Positions 11,080-23,031 of a stretch of DNA of 64,000 nt are shown here, in pieces. Within the stretch, counting starts at the first letter, position 1. Each line of letters starts with the position of its first letter. The notes under the pieces are model-generated. The model was given only the letters and a program-made list of their open reading frames with translations, did no database searches and was not told the origin of the DNA. The translations under genes and the position numbers were made by a program. Source of the DNA: Paraphysomonas bandaiensis (lineage: Eukaryota > Protista > Chrysophyceae); assembly GCA_965644295.1 (NCBI GenBank), contig CBFFRP010000389.1, forward strand, positions 1 to 64,000, given 5' to 3'.

Positions 11080-12131
11080 ATGGCAGATATTGTGGGGGTA
11101 ATTCTCTATTTATCTCTTTCGATTTATACTTATTTATAATGCAGGAAGCCAATCAGTTTAAACAGGATGTTATGAATGGTAATTTGAGCGTTGCTGATCA
11201 ACGTTTACAAAAATTGAAGGTAGTTTAAAACACTAGATTGTGTTTTTCTTATTGGTAAATATGAATATAGGTTGCTTTGTTGGAGCTAGACTCTCTACCC
11301 CCTATATCTATGGAAACTGCTCACGCAGCTGCTGAGAGAGAACTTGCGAGAGATATATACGAGCATGCTGTAGTTTTGGCTATTAAAAATGCCGATAAAT
11401 ACAGCTTCCAGAGTTACATATCCATGTTGCGACCATATTATACAGGCTTGAGGTATGTAGTGTGCTAGCGCTAGTTTTTGAAGTAACTGTTGGACGCAGA
11501 AATTCTCTCCCAGCCTCGAGTATTACATGTTCGATTGTCGGTTTACAGCTTCTATACCTCCTTGTCGAAAATCAACTTTCTGAGTTTCACAGTGAGGTAC
11601 GCACGGCAATTCCAATATTAGCATTATTTATTACGTGCTCATCACTTATGTAGTTGGAGCTTCTCACCGAGGAGCAGTTAGAACACCCTTCCATCGCCTT
11701 CTGTACCCAACTTGATCAGCACCTCATGATGGGCTCCTACGATCAGGTGTGCTAATGTTTAATACTGTCAATGAGTTATTTTACCTCCTCTTCTCCTTCA
11801 ACAGGTGATGCAGGCAGCGGCACACCCACCTGTGGATCTGTACACATTTTTCTTGACATCCCTTTCTGAGACGGTTAGAATTAACATATGCGAATGTGTT
11901 ATGGTGTCATATAAAACCCTCTCCCTTGAGGCTGCGAGGGAAATGCTCATGTTCAACTCATGTGAAGAGACCCTAAAGTTCTTGGAGTCTAAGTACCCAG
12001 AGCTTGAGGTTAGTGATGGGGTGATCACAATGCGGTCGCAAAAAACAGCGAAGTCCGCGGAAGAGAAGAAATCTCAGAAGCTCATATATCAAACATTGTC
12101 TTATGCAGCTGAGTTGGAGCGGATTGTTTAG
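11080..12131 (+). CDS. RPN12: 26S proteasome lid subunit RPN12/PSMD8 (multi-exon)
   Basis: Spliced translation gives MADIVG|EANQF...LK|VALLELDSLPP...ARDIYEHAV...LRPYY...IVGLQLLYLLVENQLSEFHSE|LELL...LDQHLMMGSYDQ|V...ETVRINICEC...TLSYAAELERIV*. The C-terminal YAxELERIV is typical of RPN12. Confidence 0.95.
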
Positions 12132-13574
12132 GAGAGTTGTAATAACGTTATAGTTTGGGGTTCATTCTTGCGTAATAATAACGTGCAGATCGTAAAGTTG
12201 AACGAGATATGCCGCCATCACAAGGAGTGCGAGATTTTTTACCTGCTAGTGCTCAACAATCACCTTAGTATATAGGAGTTATCCATCCAGCAAGTAAATA
12301 TTAACCTTCTCTAAGCACTACTGCATTGACCATGCAGTCCGTACCTGCAACTTATATGGATCTCTATTTCGCTAAGTCGTACTTGCCGACAATAATAGTA
12401 ACTCTTGCTACCAGAAGGGACACAATACACTTCCGAATCCATGTCTACGAACATAGAGAAAAGTAAATTATCCATAAATATTATTATATATACATAGACA
12501 CATAGCATATTCATGAAATAAGGACGGTTGATTAAAAGCAAAGAAACAGGTTCATCGAATATTTTCGTAAAATACTAACTTAAACTTTTATTGTGAACAT
12601 ATACAATATTACTAGCTACTAGCAATACTACAGTTATTATTTAAAGTAAAATCTAAACACCTCGAACGTATACAAGTAAACTAATACCTGCACACTCATA
12701 GTAGCATATTATATATATTATTTAGTTCTGACTCTTACACGCCTATTGCTAATAATCAGACACTCACTACTAATATATATTATAGTGTCATCTCTATACG
12801 ATAGAAGTACATCTCTGGTATCATGTAAATATCTTTGGAAATAAGAATGGGGCGAATCATCAGTACAGCATGAAAACAACGAAAATGCAACATTCGTTAA
12901 GTAGTATCGTAATAGAATGATAGAATTGTGTTCTATATATTGATGAATAGTATAGTTATATATAACTGTTGCAGTTACTCTGATAGTATATACATGCAAC
13001 TTACTATGAATTCGAACTGATTATTTACATCATTAGATAGTCAGATTGATAGATTTATTCCTCAACTCTAAGTGTGTATTCATCCCCATCAATTACCTGA
13101 TATACCTCTAGATCTAAATAGCTAATAGAGGATACCACAAGTAGCAGCCTGTTGCTATGCATGTGATGAAGAGGCAGCATCATTGGAATCACATATTATA
13201 CGGATCGTACATAATTATACGGATAGTGATATGTCCCGTATGAGCGTCCGTTAATTCCACAATTGAAGTTCACTAGATGTTCCAATTATATAGCGGTATG
13301 TCCAGCAGTACAAGTATATTGGTACACTCCTATCTCCAACACGATATACATATACACAGTATAATGTCCAGCCGTACCAGTATATAGATTCCAATAGTAC
13401 ATATGTACTTATCTACATAATGTTCCACAGAATATATCATCTAGATACATACATACACACATACATACACCACACTGATATCATACACATACATACATCT
13501 TAACACTCATAACCACCACAATCTCATCTTCTATTGATATTTATCGATCATAACCCTAACATCACCAGTGAAGG

Positions 13575-14648
13575 ATGGCATGGACATGTACAGGATCAAG
13601 TAATCGAGCTCTTGTAGAGAATATGAGGGTATTACCACACATACACACACTGACTCATAGCTAGCCATGTATGTATATATACATGTATGTATATAGATGC
13701 TATATATGTATGTATGTGATGTGGTGTGGTACATTAGATCACATGTGTATGATACGCTATATCATATTTCATACGAGTGATGTGTCTCATATATTGTTAA
13801 TTAGGCCGCTAATATCATTAAAACACTATGTGTGTTTGAAGCAATGTTGACTGTGGACAGAGGTGGGGTGAATGTGTATGTTTCACATGGAGTAATCTAC
13901 TGGAAGGAAACTATTCTCCATCTGAACCTTACGCCGACTCTCCGCAGTCTATAGGGTTTAATGCCACCATATCAGCACCTCATATGCACGCCAGTGCTCT
14001 TGAAACTCTTGCTCCCATGTTACAGGTATGTAATAGCGTTTCTTCATATCGTGTATGCTGAATATCTAGTAGCATGATGGCGCCAAGGTTTTGGATGTTG
14101 GATGTGGCTCTGGGTACTTCACAGTGTTGTGTGCCCGTCTCAATCCATCGGCTATGGTGCTTGGTGTGGATTATATCCCGAATCTAGTGGCTTTGTCAAT
14201 TGAAAATACGGGTAAACAAGACCGGGACCTCCTCGATAGTGGTCGAGTGCGCTACGTGACCTCCTCTGGATGGGACCTTGATGGTCTGAACGCGAGTAAG
14301 CACAATTTAGGGCCAGAATTCAAGCCACCGTATGATGTCATTCATGTGGGTGCTGCTGCCGATCGAATTCCGCAGAGTCTACTTCAAGGTCTCAAGGTGA
14401 GTGTTGTTCACACTATTCATTGTCATATTGAGTTGGAACCAGAACGGTGGTCGTATGGTTATACCGGTTGGACCGGAACACGGGAACCAAGAGCTTCTTC
14501 AGGTTGGTACATATATTTATTGATGGTTTTAATTCGTGCATGTATATATACTCTTCAGGTAGACCGTATTGGTTCGAGTGGCGATGCTAGACGGGACTTC
14601 CGTGTACAAAAGCTGATGGGTGTTCGCTATGTCCCGCTCGTTAAGTAG
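13575..14648 (+). CDS. PCMT1: Protein-L-isoaspartate O-methyltransferase (multi-exon)
   Basis: [18 protein letters not shown]|...AMLTVDR|GNY...[22 protein letters not shown]...|[10 protein letters not shown]...[11 protein letters not shown]...|GGRMVIPVG...LMGVRYVPL. Confidence 0.96.
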
Positions 14649-14889
14649 AGCATCTACCGACATTGCACGCCGGGTCGATAATATAAGACCAAGTTGGTTG
14701 ATGTACAGACATACCGTAGTATTGTAAGTAATTGTTAGTGATACCACATTTTTTCAAAACATATTATATTGAATTCATATAATCAATTACATGCTTTTGT
14801 CCGACAATTTTGAGTTGAAAAAGTGACACACTGTCACTAGGTTATAATTATATGAGGTATGAAACCAATATGGCCGGCGTGCCCTATGT

Positions 14890-15075
14890 TGTTGAGCTTA
14901 GCTGTTTGTAAGCTGTACTTCTACGGTATTTGAATTGTTACCGCTACTTGAAGAATACAGTAGTGGTTAACAGTTAACAGTATTACATTAACTAATGACA
15001 TTATAGGAATCATAGCAGTGAAATTAAAATAGATTGACTCCTTAAGATCGTGACTAGTTGAGATCATATGAAACT
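14890..15075 (+). repeat. LTR-like fragment (probable solo copia LTR)
   Basis: TGTTGAG start; GAAGAATACAGTAGTGGTTAACAG is shared with the LTR at 35398. The end is approximate. Confidence 0.6.
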
Positions 15076-15224
15076 GTAATAGTCGGAAACATATATTCGT
15101 GATTAACAGGCTTGCGTAACGAATTAGCGGCCGCAAACAATTAGAAATTAGAAGATCTTCTACATTCTATATATAGAGGTTGCTATATCCCGTAAGAGTA
15201 TAGATCTAATCTTATTTCACATCC

Positions 15225-15400
15225 ACTAGTAGTGAATGTCTTGTAATTAACAATATGCGTCTAAGAGTCAGAACTAATGTAGAAAACAATTTAACTAGCT
15301 AGTGCTTAACGCTTCTGATACCCTACTATTTTGGGCGCTAAGAAAACTGCCTGTGCATCACCAAGGTGCAACAGCTTTTGTTCTATCGCTCAGAGCAAAC
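15225..15400 (-). repeat. Old dispersed repeat (copies at 12722-12775, 34509-34760, 53270-53470), possibly non-LTR retroelement debris
   Basis: TCAGAACTAATGTAG.AAACAATTTAACTA...CTGATA.CC is shared with the reverse complement of 53420-53470. CACCAAGGTGCAACA is shared with about 34572. TTAGTTCTGACTCTTA.ACGC.TATTG is shared, inverted, with 12722. Confidence 0.65.
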
Positions 15401-15796
15401 GCAGTAAGCAAGCAGAATGTTGATACACCTGATATCTGCCGACTTCAGGACGCGGGCAGCGATAACCCAATTAATGTAACTTTGAAAAAATTAGCGGCAT
15501 GTTCATTGCAGGTCACCATATATTGCCATGGTGTCTGCAGTGAATAATAAGATACTAGTTTAAAATTTCATGTTTCACAAAAATATGTAGAGACTGTACG
15601 AGTAAATGAAATATTGTTATATTGGCAATGTATTCTGCATCTGCTGACATCAGCACATCCACTATTATACTGAACACATCTTGTCTACATAATAACAGTG
15701 TAGCTACGAGTAAAGTAATGTTTGCTAGCAGCTACAGTTACATAAATGTTGCTCATTATGATCAATGGTTGACACTAGCGGTATATACGTATATAC

Positions 15797-16047
15797 CAGG
15801 GCCTGGTAACCGTTAATGATAATGGTATTAATGGTAATGGCATTAATGGTAATGCCATTATAATTGCCGGGAACCGGACTACCATTAATGACCTGCACTG
15901 CTATATATAGAACTGAGTGTTTTAAGATAATATAGAATATAGTAGGTATTAATGACCATTAATAGGCCATTAATGGCCATTAACGGCCATTATAATTGCC
16001 GGGAACTGGACTACCATTAATGGGCCATTAACGGTTACCAGGTCCTG
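15797..16047. mobile_element. hAT-type MITE (251 bp)
   Basis: TIRs CAGGGCCTGGTAACCGTTAATG / CATTAACGGTTACCAGGTCCTG; 8-bp TSD GTATATAC / GTACATAC (7 of 8 match); subterminal CCATTAATGG-type motifs. Confidence 0.88.
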
Positions 16048-16412
16048 GTACATACTATGTACTATGTACACAGATTTTCTGCGGATTCTGGTAGGCGAAA
16101 AATGTTTTAATTATTATTAAATCAATAGTTTTATTGTGTTTCTGTTTAGTAATAGAACAATATTAACTTTAGTATTCATTTGCTAAAAGCCGTAAAACTC
16201 GTAGCTTTTCCCAAAATATAGAAAACTTCCCACGATTGCATACTGCTTACTTAATTTTACTAACTGTTGGCGTGACGAATAAAGCGCTACAAACTAATGA
16301 TGACAGGTTCACAAGTTACTATCATAGAATAATTATTAACATAATACTATTTCTACCGAAGTCATATCAATAACTACCGCGAATAATAATACGCAATATT
16401 AATCGAACAAGA

Positions 16413-19400
16413 CTAGGATGCATTTTCAGAAAAGCTTGAGCCAGGGTTATACGCATTACCATCAGGAGAATCTATGACTTCGGATAAAAATTGATTGAAA
16501 GGGAGCATTCCATCTTCTGTGTATTTATCATCGCTTCCCAAATCTGGATATAATCTCGAGGATGAGCTAGAGGGCTGAAACAGCAAACCTCTACCTCTTC
16601 TGTCAGATGATGACCCACCTGCAAGCCGTCCGAGGAGAGATTCGCTTAAATCGTCACCACCAGCTGAGTCGAGGCCTGCCATAGGGTCTCCCATGTCGTC
16701 AAAAGAGAGTATACCTAATGGTACATTAATGATATTATCAATGTCAGGCACCGGTTCGCTTGTATGTGTGTGCGATACTCCGCTCCCATATCCAGATAAT
16801 GTACTCCTATTTTCGCTGTCACTCTGTTGTATTTGTGTATTGCCCCAGGACGTAGGAGAAGTGTCTGACAAAGGAGGCAGAGCAAATGATCCTACATTTG
16901 TATCGGAAACACTCTGTGTGTTCTGGGAGCCCGATCCCCCTCGAGCGGGAGAGGTGGCAAATTTCGGAACAAATGGTCTCGCCCCAGCAGAAAGGTGAAC
17001 GGCCCCATCTATGTAATCTCCCCCACTTCCTGAACCACTTAGCCCACTCACTTCTCCGCCATCATACCCCCCACTGTATCCGTATTCAGTACCGGTCATT
17101 CCAATTCCACCTGCTTCTGACATGCCTCCATGATATGATGGCATTATTCTCTGGCCAGAAGCTGACGACATGGCTTGGTTACTATTTCTAGGGTCATAGC
17201 CCGCAGACACGCTGGTACTCTGATGATGCATTGACTGTGGGTGTATTGAGGTCACGGAACTGTGTTGGCCCATGGATGGGTACATTGGCGGGGGCATATC
17301 GAGAACACCACTATCACTGTCACCAAGAGAAACAGAGGAGGGCCCCCGAGACCGAGTCGGCATATTCATACCTGAGGCACCAGGCTGTGCTTGTGGGAGG
17401 ATCATGCGATTGCCGTGTTGATAGGGCGAGACGGGCATACAGCTACCGGACTGCTGGTCATATGACTGCTGCTGGGAAGGTCCCTGCATAGGTCCATAAC
17501 CCGACGACCCACCAACTGCTACCCCTGCTCGGCCACTACCTGATCCGTACATAGTGCCCGGTCCAGTACCTGACGACACACCAGGAGAACCGTATGAGAG
17601 ATCTGGGAATGCCTGCTGAATACCATGACCACTGCTGCCGAGGTGGCCGTTGTGCATCATGCCTTGTTGTTGAGGTGACATCATCATATGACCAGAGTTT
17701 GCAGGCTGCTGCTGGTGAGTGTAAGGTGGGTTCATTCCTCCGTGGTGAGGCATGTTATACATCTGCATATTAGGATTGAATATGCTGTGCATAGAATACT
17801 GCTGCTGCAGTTGTTGCTGTAATAGCCGCTGATGTTCCATTTCCTTTTGCATCCTCTCCGCCTCAAGCTAGACACAAGAAGGTTACATAAATTTAAACAA
17901 AGGCGCAAGATACCTTTTTTCTCTCTTCCTCGGCGCGTTGTTGTGGAACCTTCGCGTTCCACGCCCTATTGATCCTTCTGAGCTCCTCCTTATGCTCCTT
18001 GTCTTTCTGGGCCTTGAGTGCCGCGTCCATTTCTGTTCCTCCCGCAGACTTAGCCCCACTAGACTTTTTTGTGGCTTCTTTTGCTTCACTACAAGAGCTT
18101 ACAGCAGTCTTGTTTGCCTTCTGGTTGCTAGACGATGTGGCAGGGGATGAGGGTCGGTCACAAAGCCATGATATGGCCAGATCAACATCAAGGCCACAGG
18201 ATGCTATTGCAGCCATACAATCCGACTCTGCGAATCCCATGGCAAGAAGATGATCGAGTAGGTCATCCCGAGACTTGATCTCTGCGAGAGCGTCTGCAGC
18301 AGATGCAGGAGCGGATGTAACTGCAGAGACTACTGAGCTCGCAGAAGGCGACTGGGATGACATAGCAGCAACTGTGGCAGAGGAAATGGAACGTTGCCCA
18401 CTTTGAGAAGAGCCCTTTGCACCTTTGTTTACAGATGAGTCATGGGCCGAATTGGCAGTAGATCCAGGTTCAGGAGTTTCATCAGATATCTTTTTCTTGT
18501 CTTTCTTTTTCTTCTTTTTCTTGCCTCCACTTTTTTCTTCAGCTGCTGCAGCCACACCTAGAAAAAAATAAATGTTTCACACAACCCATATCATCACAAT
18601 CATACGTGCATCTTCTTCTGCTTTGAGTCTCTCTTTCTCTTGTTTCTCCTTCAGCTGTCGCTGCTTTCGCTCTAATAGTTCCTTCTCCGTCTGCTCTTTC
18701 TCTGCAAGCCTCGCCTTTTCTGCTTTTAGCTTGGCCTCCTTGCTGCTCCTTTCGGCCTCCTTCTGCAGGCGGATAGCTTCCAGCTTGGCGACAGCAGCAC
18801 TCAGCTCTTCCACTACCTCTTCGAGCATGGGAATAAGGGCATCAGAGTTACCGGGGTCATTAAGCTTCTGTCGGACTAACTCAAGGGGTGTGGGACCTTT
18901 GCTGTCAGGGTCTCTGATAGATCCCGGGGCGTAAGCGTGAATATTGAGCAGCGCTCCAGACTTGATAAGAGTCCGGCAAGAAGAAACTACGCCATTAACG
19001 GCGGCGTAGTGTAAAGGTGTCCACCCAGAGTTTAGACATCGAGCATTAATATCGGCAGACTGACACTTCCTGTCCGTCTCCGCTCTCTGCTCCAAGAGCA
19101 TCTCTATCATGCGCACGTCCCCGTTCATAGCAGCCACATGCAGCACAGAGCGCCCCTCTTCATCGATTAGCCCAAGGTCCACACTTGGAGATCGCAGCGC
19201 AAGCAAATACTTTGCAATAGTGTATTTGCCCTCTTGTGTCTCCTCTGAATCTACCTCCTGCCCAATCAGTCGAGCTACACAATAGTGTAGAAGCCCTGAT
19301 CCCGACCTTCCACCTCCTGCCAGACGCTCTGTTGCGCGCACACCCGACTGGGGATCTTCTATAAGGCTGATAACAGCCGCCGACTGTCCAGAAGAAACTA

Positions 19401-20305
19401 AGTCAAAGAGATGTCTCCGTTTTGCACTCTCAGCCTCCTGCGCCTGTCGCAACTCTTCCTTTCGCTTTCTAAGGGCATCTTCCTGCTCCCGTTTGCTCTT
19501 CTCCTCAGCTAGTCTAGCCTTCTCATCTTCCTCAGCTTTCACAGCTGCTTCACGAACTTTTTTCTCCTTTTGCTTCCGTCTCTTCTCTGCTCGCTTCTTG
19601 GCGTTACGCAGCTTCCGTTTAGCCTCCATCTCTTCGTCAATGTCTCGATCCGTTTCACCCCGGCAAGCACCACTAAATTCTTGTGCCATGTCAGAGTTCT
19701 CCTTCATATTCATGTGGAAATAGTGTTTAACAATGGGGTCCCATATAGTCTCACTATCCTCGGCTCCCTCAGAGTCATAGTCGTCGTCCTCTCCGTCCTC
19801 CTCATCCTCAGTACTCCAGTCTTCATTAGCATCGGGACGATTCCCAAACATCATATCAAAAGATACACCTGCTTTACATATCACAATATACAAGTACTAA
19901 TCAATAACATGTTATTACCTCCAGGTAACTTTCCATCATCAGGAACCACTTGATCATCATTAAATATTCCAACTAAATCCATAAACATTCTCATAAAAGC
20001 TTTCATTTCATGAATATCATCATCATATAGATGACTATTCTCATCCTCTGTATCATACTCATCATCTATTGATCTTGATGATATAAGTCTTGTATATGCA
20101 ATTGATATTTGTTGAAATTTTTCTTTTGCATATGGATCTGTAGACTGTATATATCCATCAATTATATATATATGTATATATAGGGTTGTATATGTACCTT
20201 ATCAGGATGCCATGTTAGAGCTAATTTTCTATATGTTTGCTTGAGAATCTCTAAATCTGCATCTACTGACACACCCAAGATAGCAGCAGCTTCTTCTAAT
20301 TGCAT
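16413..20305 (-). CDS. J-domain + ankyrin repeats + UBA + low-complexity tail with PAM2 motif (about 5 exons)
   Basis: Exon 1 MQLEEAAAILGVSVDADLEILKQTYRKLALTWHPDK, exon 2 STDPYAKEKFQQISIAY (J-domain with HPD). ANK: GRSVLHVAAMNGD, GWTPLHYAAVNG, GPTPLELV. UBA: LLAMGFAESDCMAAIASCGLDVDLAISWL. PAM2-like HLSAGARPFVPK at 16962-16997. The intron 17913-17868 joins the last two ORFs in frame. Confidence 0.85.
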
Positions 20306-20760
20306 GTCAGTATATATTCTAATATATAAGTGTGTATATGAACAGATGTATGAATGTATGAATATATGAGATAACTATGAATTATAGATACTGATACAGG
20401 CACTGATGATATCACACACTAGTGGGGGAGTGTGCCAGTTAATCAAGTATGTAAATAGAAAGTTTAATGAAGGAAAATATAGTGTATGTGTGTCAATGTA
20501 TGTGACTTGGAATAGTGTGTCTGCTTGATAGTCCCCTAACATACCTACCATACTACTTGACTATACTGCTGTAGATACCAGTCCTACTTTTGTACCTACC
20601 TACATGTACCCACCTACATACATACATACGTACATATATACCTATATGTATGCTCTACAGCAGTTCCTACATATATACTGTACATACAGTACCTACCTAC
20701 GCGACTATACAGCAGTACATATATTTTTCTCATATTGTGTATATAAAACCCTACATATAA

Positions 20761-21234
20761 GGCCGTTCCTTACGGTTGGGTAAAAAAAAAATGAAATTTT
20801 TTTTCTTCCGCATTCTCAACACGGTTGGTCAAAAAAAAAGATAACATACACATGATGAAAGCACCCATTTCTATAGGAGAAACTGTCAAAAACCAGTGTT
20901 TTGTAAAGAAAAGGGGGTTTCATGCCATATATATTGAAAAGTTAATGTAGATATATTGGATGCATTATGCTGGTTCCAGGACACCGTTTGAATCACAACA
21001 AGCGCTCAGCCTACTCGACATAGACTTGGTAAAACTCGTGATAACAATAATATGACTCGAGGTTCCTAATATAGGCCGCAATATTATTTCTTACCATACC
21101 ATGTATGTTGGAAAGAAATGAAATCATTTCTTACCATGATCCAAAATAATTTTTTTTTTGACCACCGTAAGGAACGGGAAGAGCAAGAAAAAAAAAATTC
21201 ATTTTTTATTTTTTACCCACCGTAAGGAACGGCC
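20761..21234. mobile_element. PIF/Harbinger (Tourist-like) MITE, 474 bp
   Basis: TIRs GGCCGTTCCTTACGGT / ACCGTAAGGAACGGCC with extended subterminal inverted similarity; TAA TSD at 20758-20760 and 21235-21237. Confidence 0.92.
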
Positions 21235-21454
21235 TAAACAACGGAACTGGTATTGACATTCTAAAAATGTGTAATTTCTACATGATGTACAGCAGTATAT
21301 CCATATATAGTCGTAAGAATGTCCACTCTATCGTACTGCCAATTGAAGTGTGTAAGCACAGACCAGAAGAATGTGCTGGAGTATATATACACAGTGTATA
21401 TACGTACACAGTATTCCTATTCTTAGAACACACTCACACTTATATATACACACC

Positions 21455-21510
21455 ATACATACATACATACATACATACATACATACATACATACATACAT
21501 TCATACATAG
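21455..21510 (+). repeat. (CATA)n microsatellite upstream of the LysM gene
   Basis: Direct reading of the sequence. Confidence 0.95.
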
Positions 21511-21559
21511 TAAAGTACTTTACAAACACTTATATTCAACAAAATTAATTAAAATTATC

Positions 21560-22249
21560 ATGGAAGGTGCATGGAAACCATGGAGAATTCAACATATTAA
21601 TAACACAAGCCCTGATTTAGATTCATATGGTAAACCACTACCAAGTCCACCTCCTGGATATTACTGGGAACAACAACATAATAAATCATGGGAATTAAAA
21701 AAATATATTGATAATAATGATATTCATTCTAATATGGTTCAATTTAATGCTAATAGTATTATTGAACATGTGGTGATGCCTGATGATACTATACAAGGGA
21801 TATGTTTACGATATAGAGTCTCGCCTGTGACATTACGTCAATATAATAATTTCAGTGGAAACTCTTTTAAATATAAGAAATATTTACGGATTCCTATTGA
21901 ACCTGGTGTGCCGATAAAAGCACAATTGGACGATGAACCCACTCTAATTCAGCGCTTTAAGAATGAAACTAATGAGTCCACTGAAGAAGCTAAATTCTAT
22001 TTATCAGAGAATGACTGGGATTTCTTCAAGGCATTGGCTTCTTGGAGTGGTGATGAGAGTTGGGAAAGTACGCAGGCTATTCCCAGTCAACCTTCTGCTC
22101 CTCCTTGTATTGTAAATCCGAAGGCCATTGTTACCCCGAATTCGGGATATGTCCCACCTCCTGTTATTCCCATGGAAATAGCCTATGATGAGCAGGGAAA
22201 TCAATATTCAGATGATGTTGAGAGAGAACCTCTGATGAGGTGCTTCTAA
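21560..22249 (+). CDS. LysM-domain protein with a UBA-like helical domain
   Basis: LysM: EHVVMPDDTIQGICLRYRVSPVTLRQYNNF...LRIP. UBA-like (TAP-C/DCN1-type pattern): LIQRFKNETNESTEEAKFYLSENDWDFFKALASW. Start placed at MEGAWKPW; the ORF-track extension upstream is microsatellite. Confidence 0.85.
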   Translation: MEGAWKPWRIQHINNTSPDLDSYGKPLPSPPPGYYWEQQHNKSWELKKYIDNNDIHSNMVQFNANSIIEHVVMPDDTIQGICLRYRVSPVTLRQYNNFSGNSFKYKKYLRIPIEPGVPIKAQLDDEPTLIQRFKNETNESTEEAKFYLSENDWDFFKALASWSGDESWESTQAIPSQPSAPPCIVNPKAIVTPNSGYVPPPVIPMEIAYDEQGNQYSDDVEREPLMRCF

Positions 22250-23031
22250 ACTGAGTTCTGGTACGATATTTAACAGAGTGATGTGTAAATTGAAATAGTG
22301 ACTATCGTAAATGAGTCAACTGAAAATCTGATACCCTCATTTGAAGACCAGCATATTGTTCTAATTAGGGTCGTAGCAAAGAATTTAGTATTGCATCCTC
22401 TAGCTTGTGTACATTTATTTTAAGCAAAACTATTATCACAACCTATCCAAGTACGAGCCTTTTTTCTTTTCCAAAAAAATATCTGCATTCTATCTTAAAT
22501 TTTGTCCATTTTCAATACAGAAACAGCTGTTGAACCTAACCATGTTTTTAACCTCACTTGGGAGGAGTAGTATGTGAAAATAATGTCACGACCACAGTAT
22601 ATTAGTATTCATCTTAATATAAGATAGTATATGTGAAATATAATGCTCAATGAAAATATATCATGAACTGAATTGCTTAATGATTGTATATTTGAAGTTA
22701 CGTATATGCTATACGTGCTTGTAAGGCAATTAAATTGCAACTAATTGTTACGCAGCCCTGGTTGTAACATTATCATTTTCGGCTCAATTGATTGCCAGAT
22801 TATGTTTACATTACACATGCACTTATTAGCTAAACTATAGAAATAAAGTAAGTAACTTCGACAGCATAGATTGAAGGACGCGGATTGATATAGCGCTAAT
22901 GATACTTTAAAACCTAATAACACTAAACATATATTTTTCTAAAATAGAGAAGTTGAAGTGATGTAAAACGGGTCAAAATGGATAATCAAGAATTATTTTG
23001 TGCAAGATAGGCGAGTAGAATCCATTGACAA

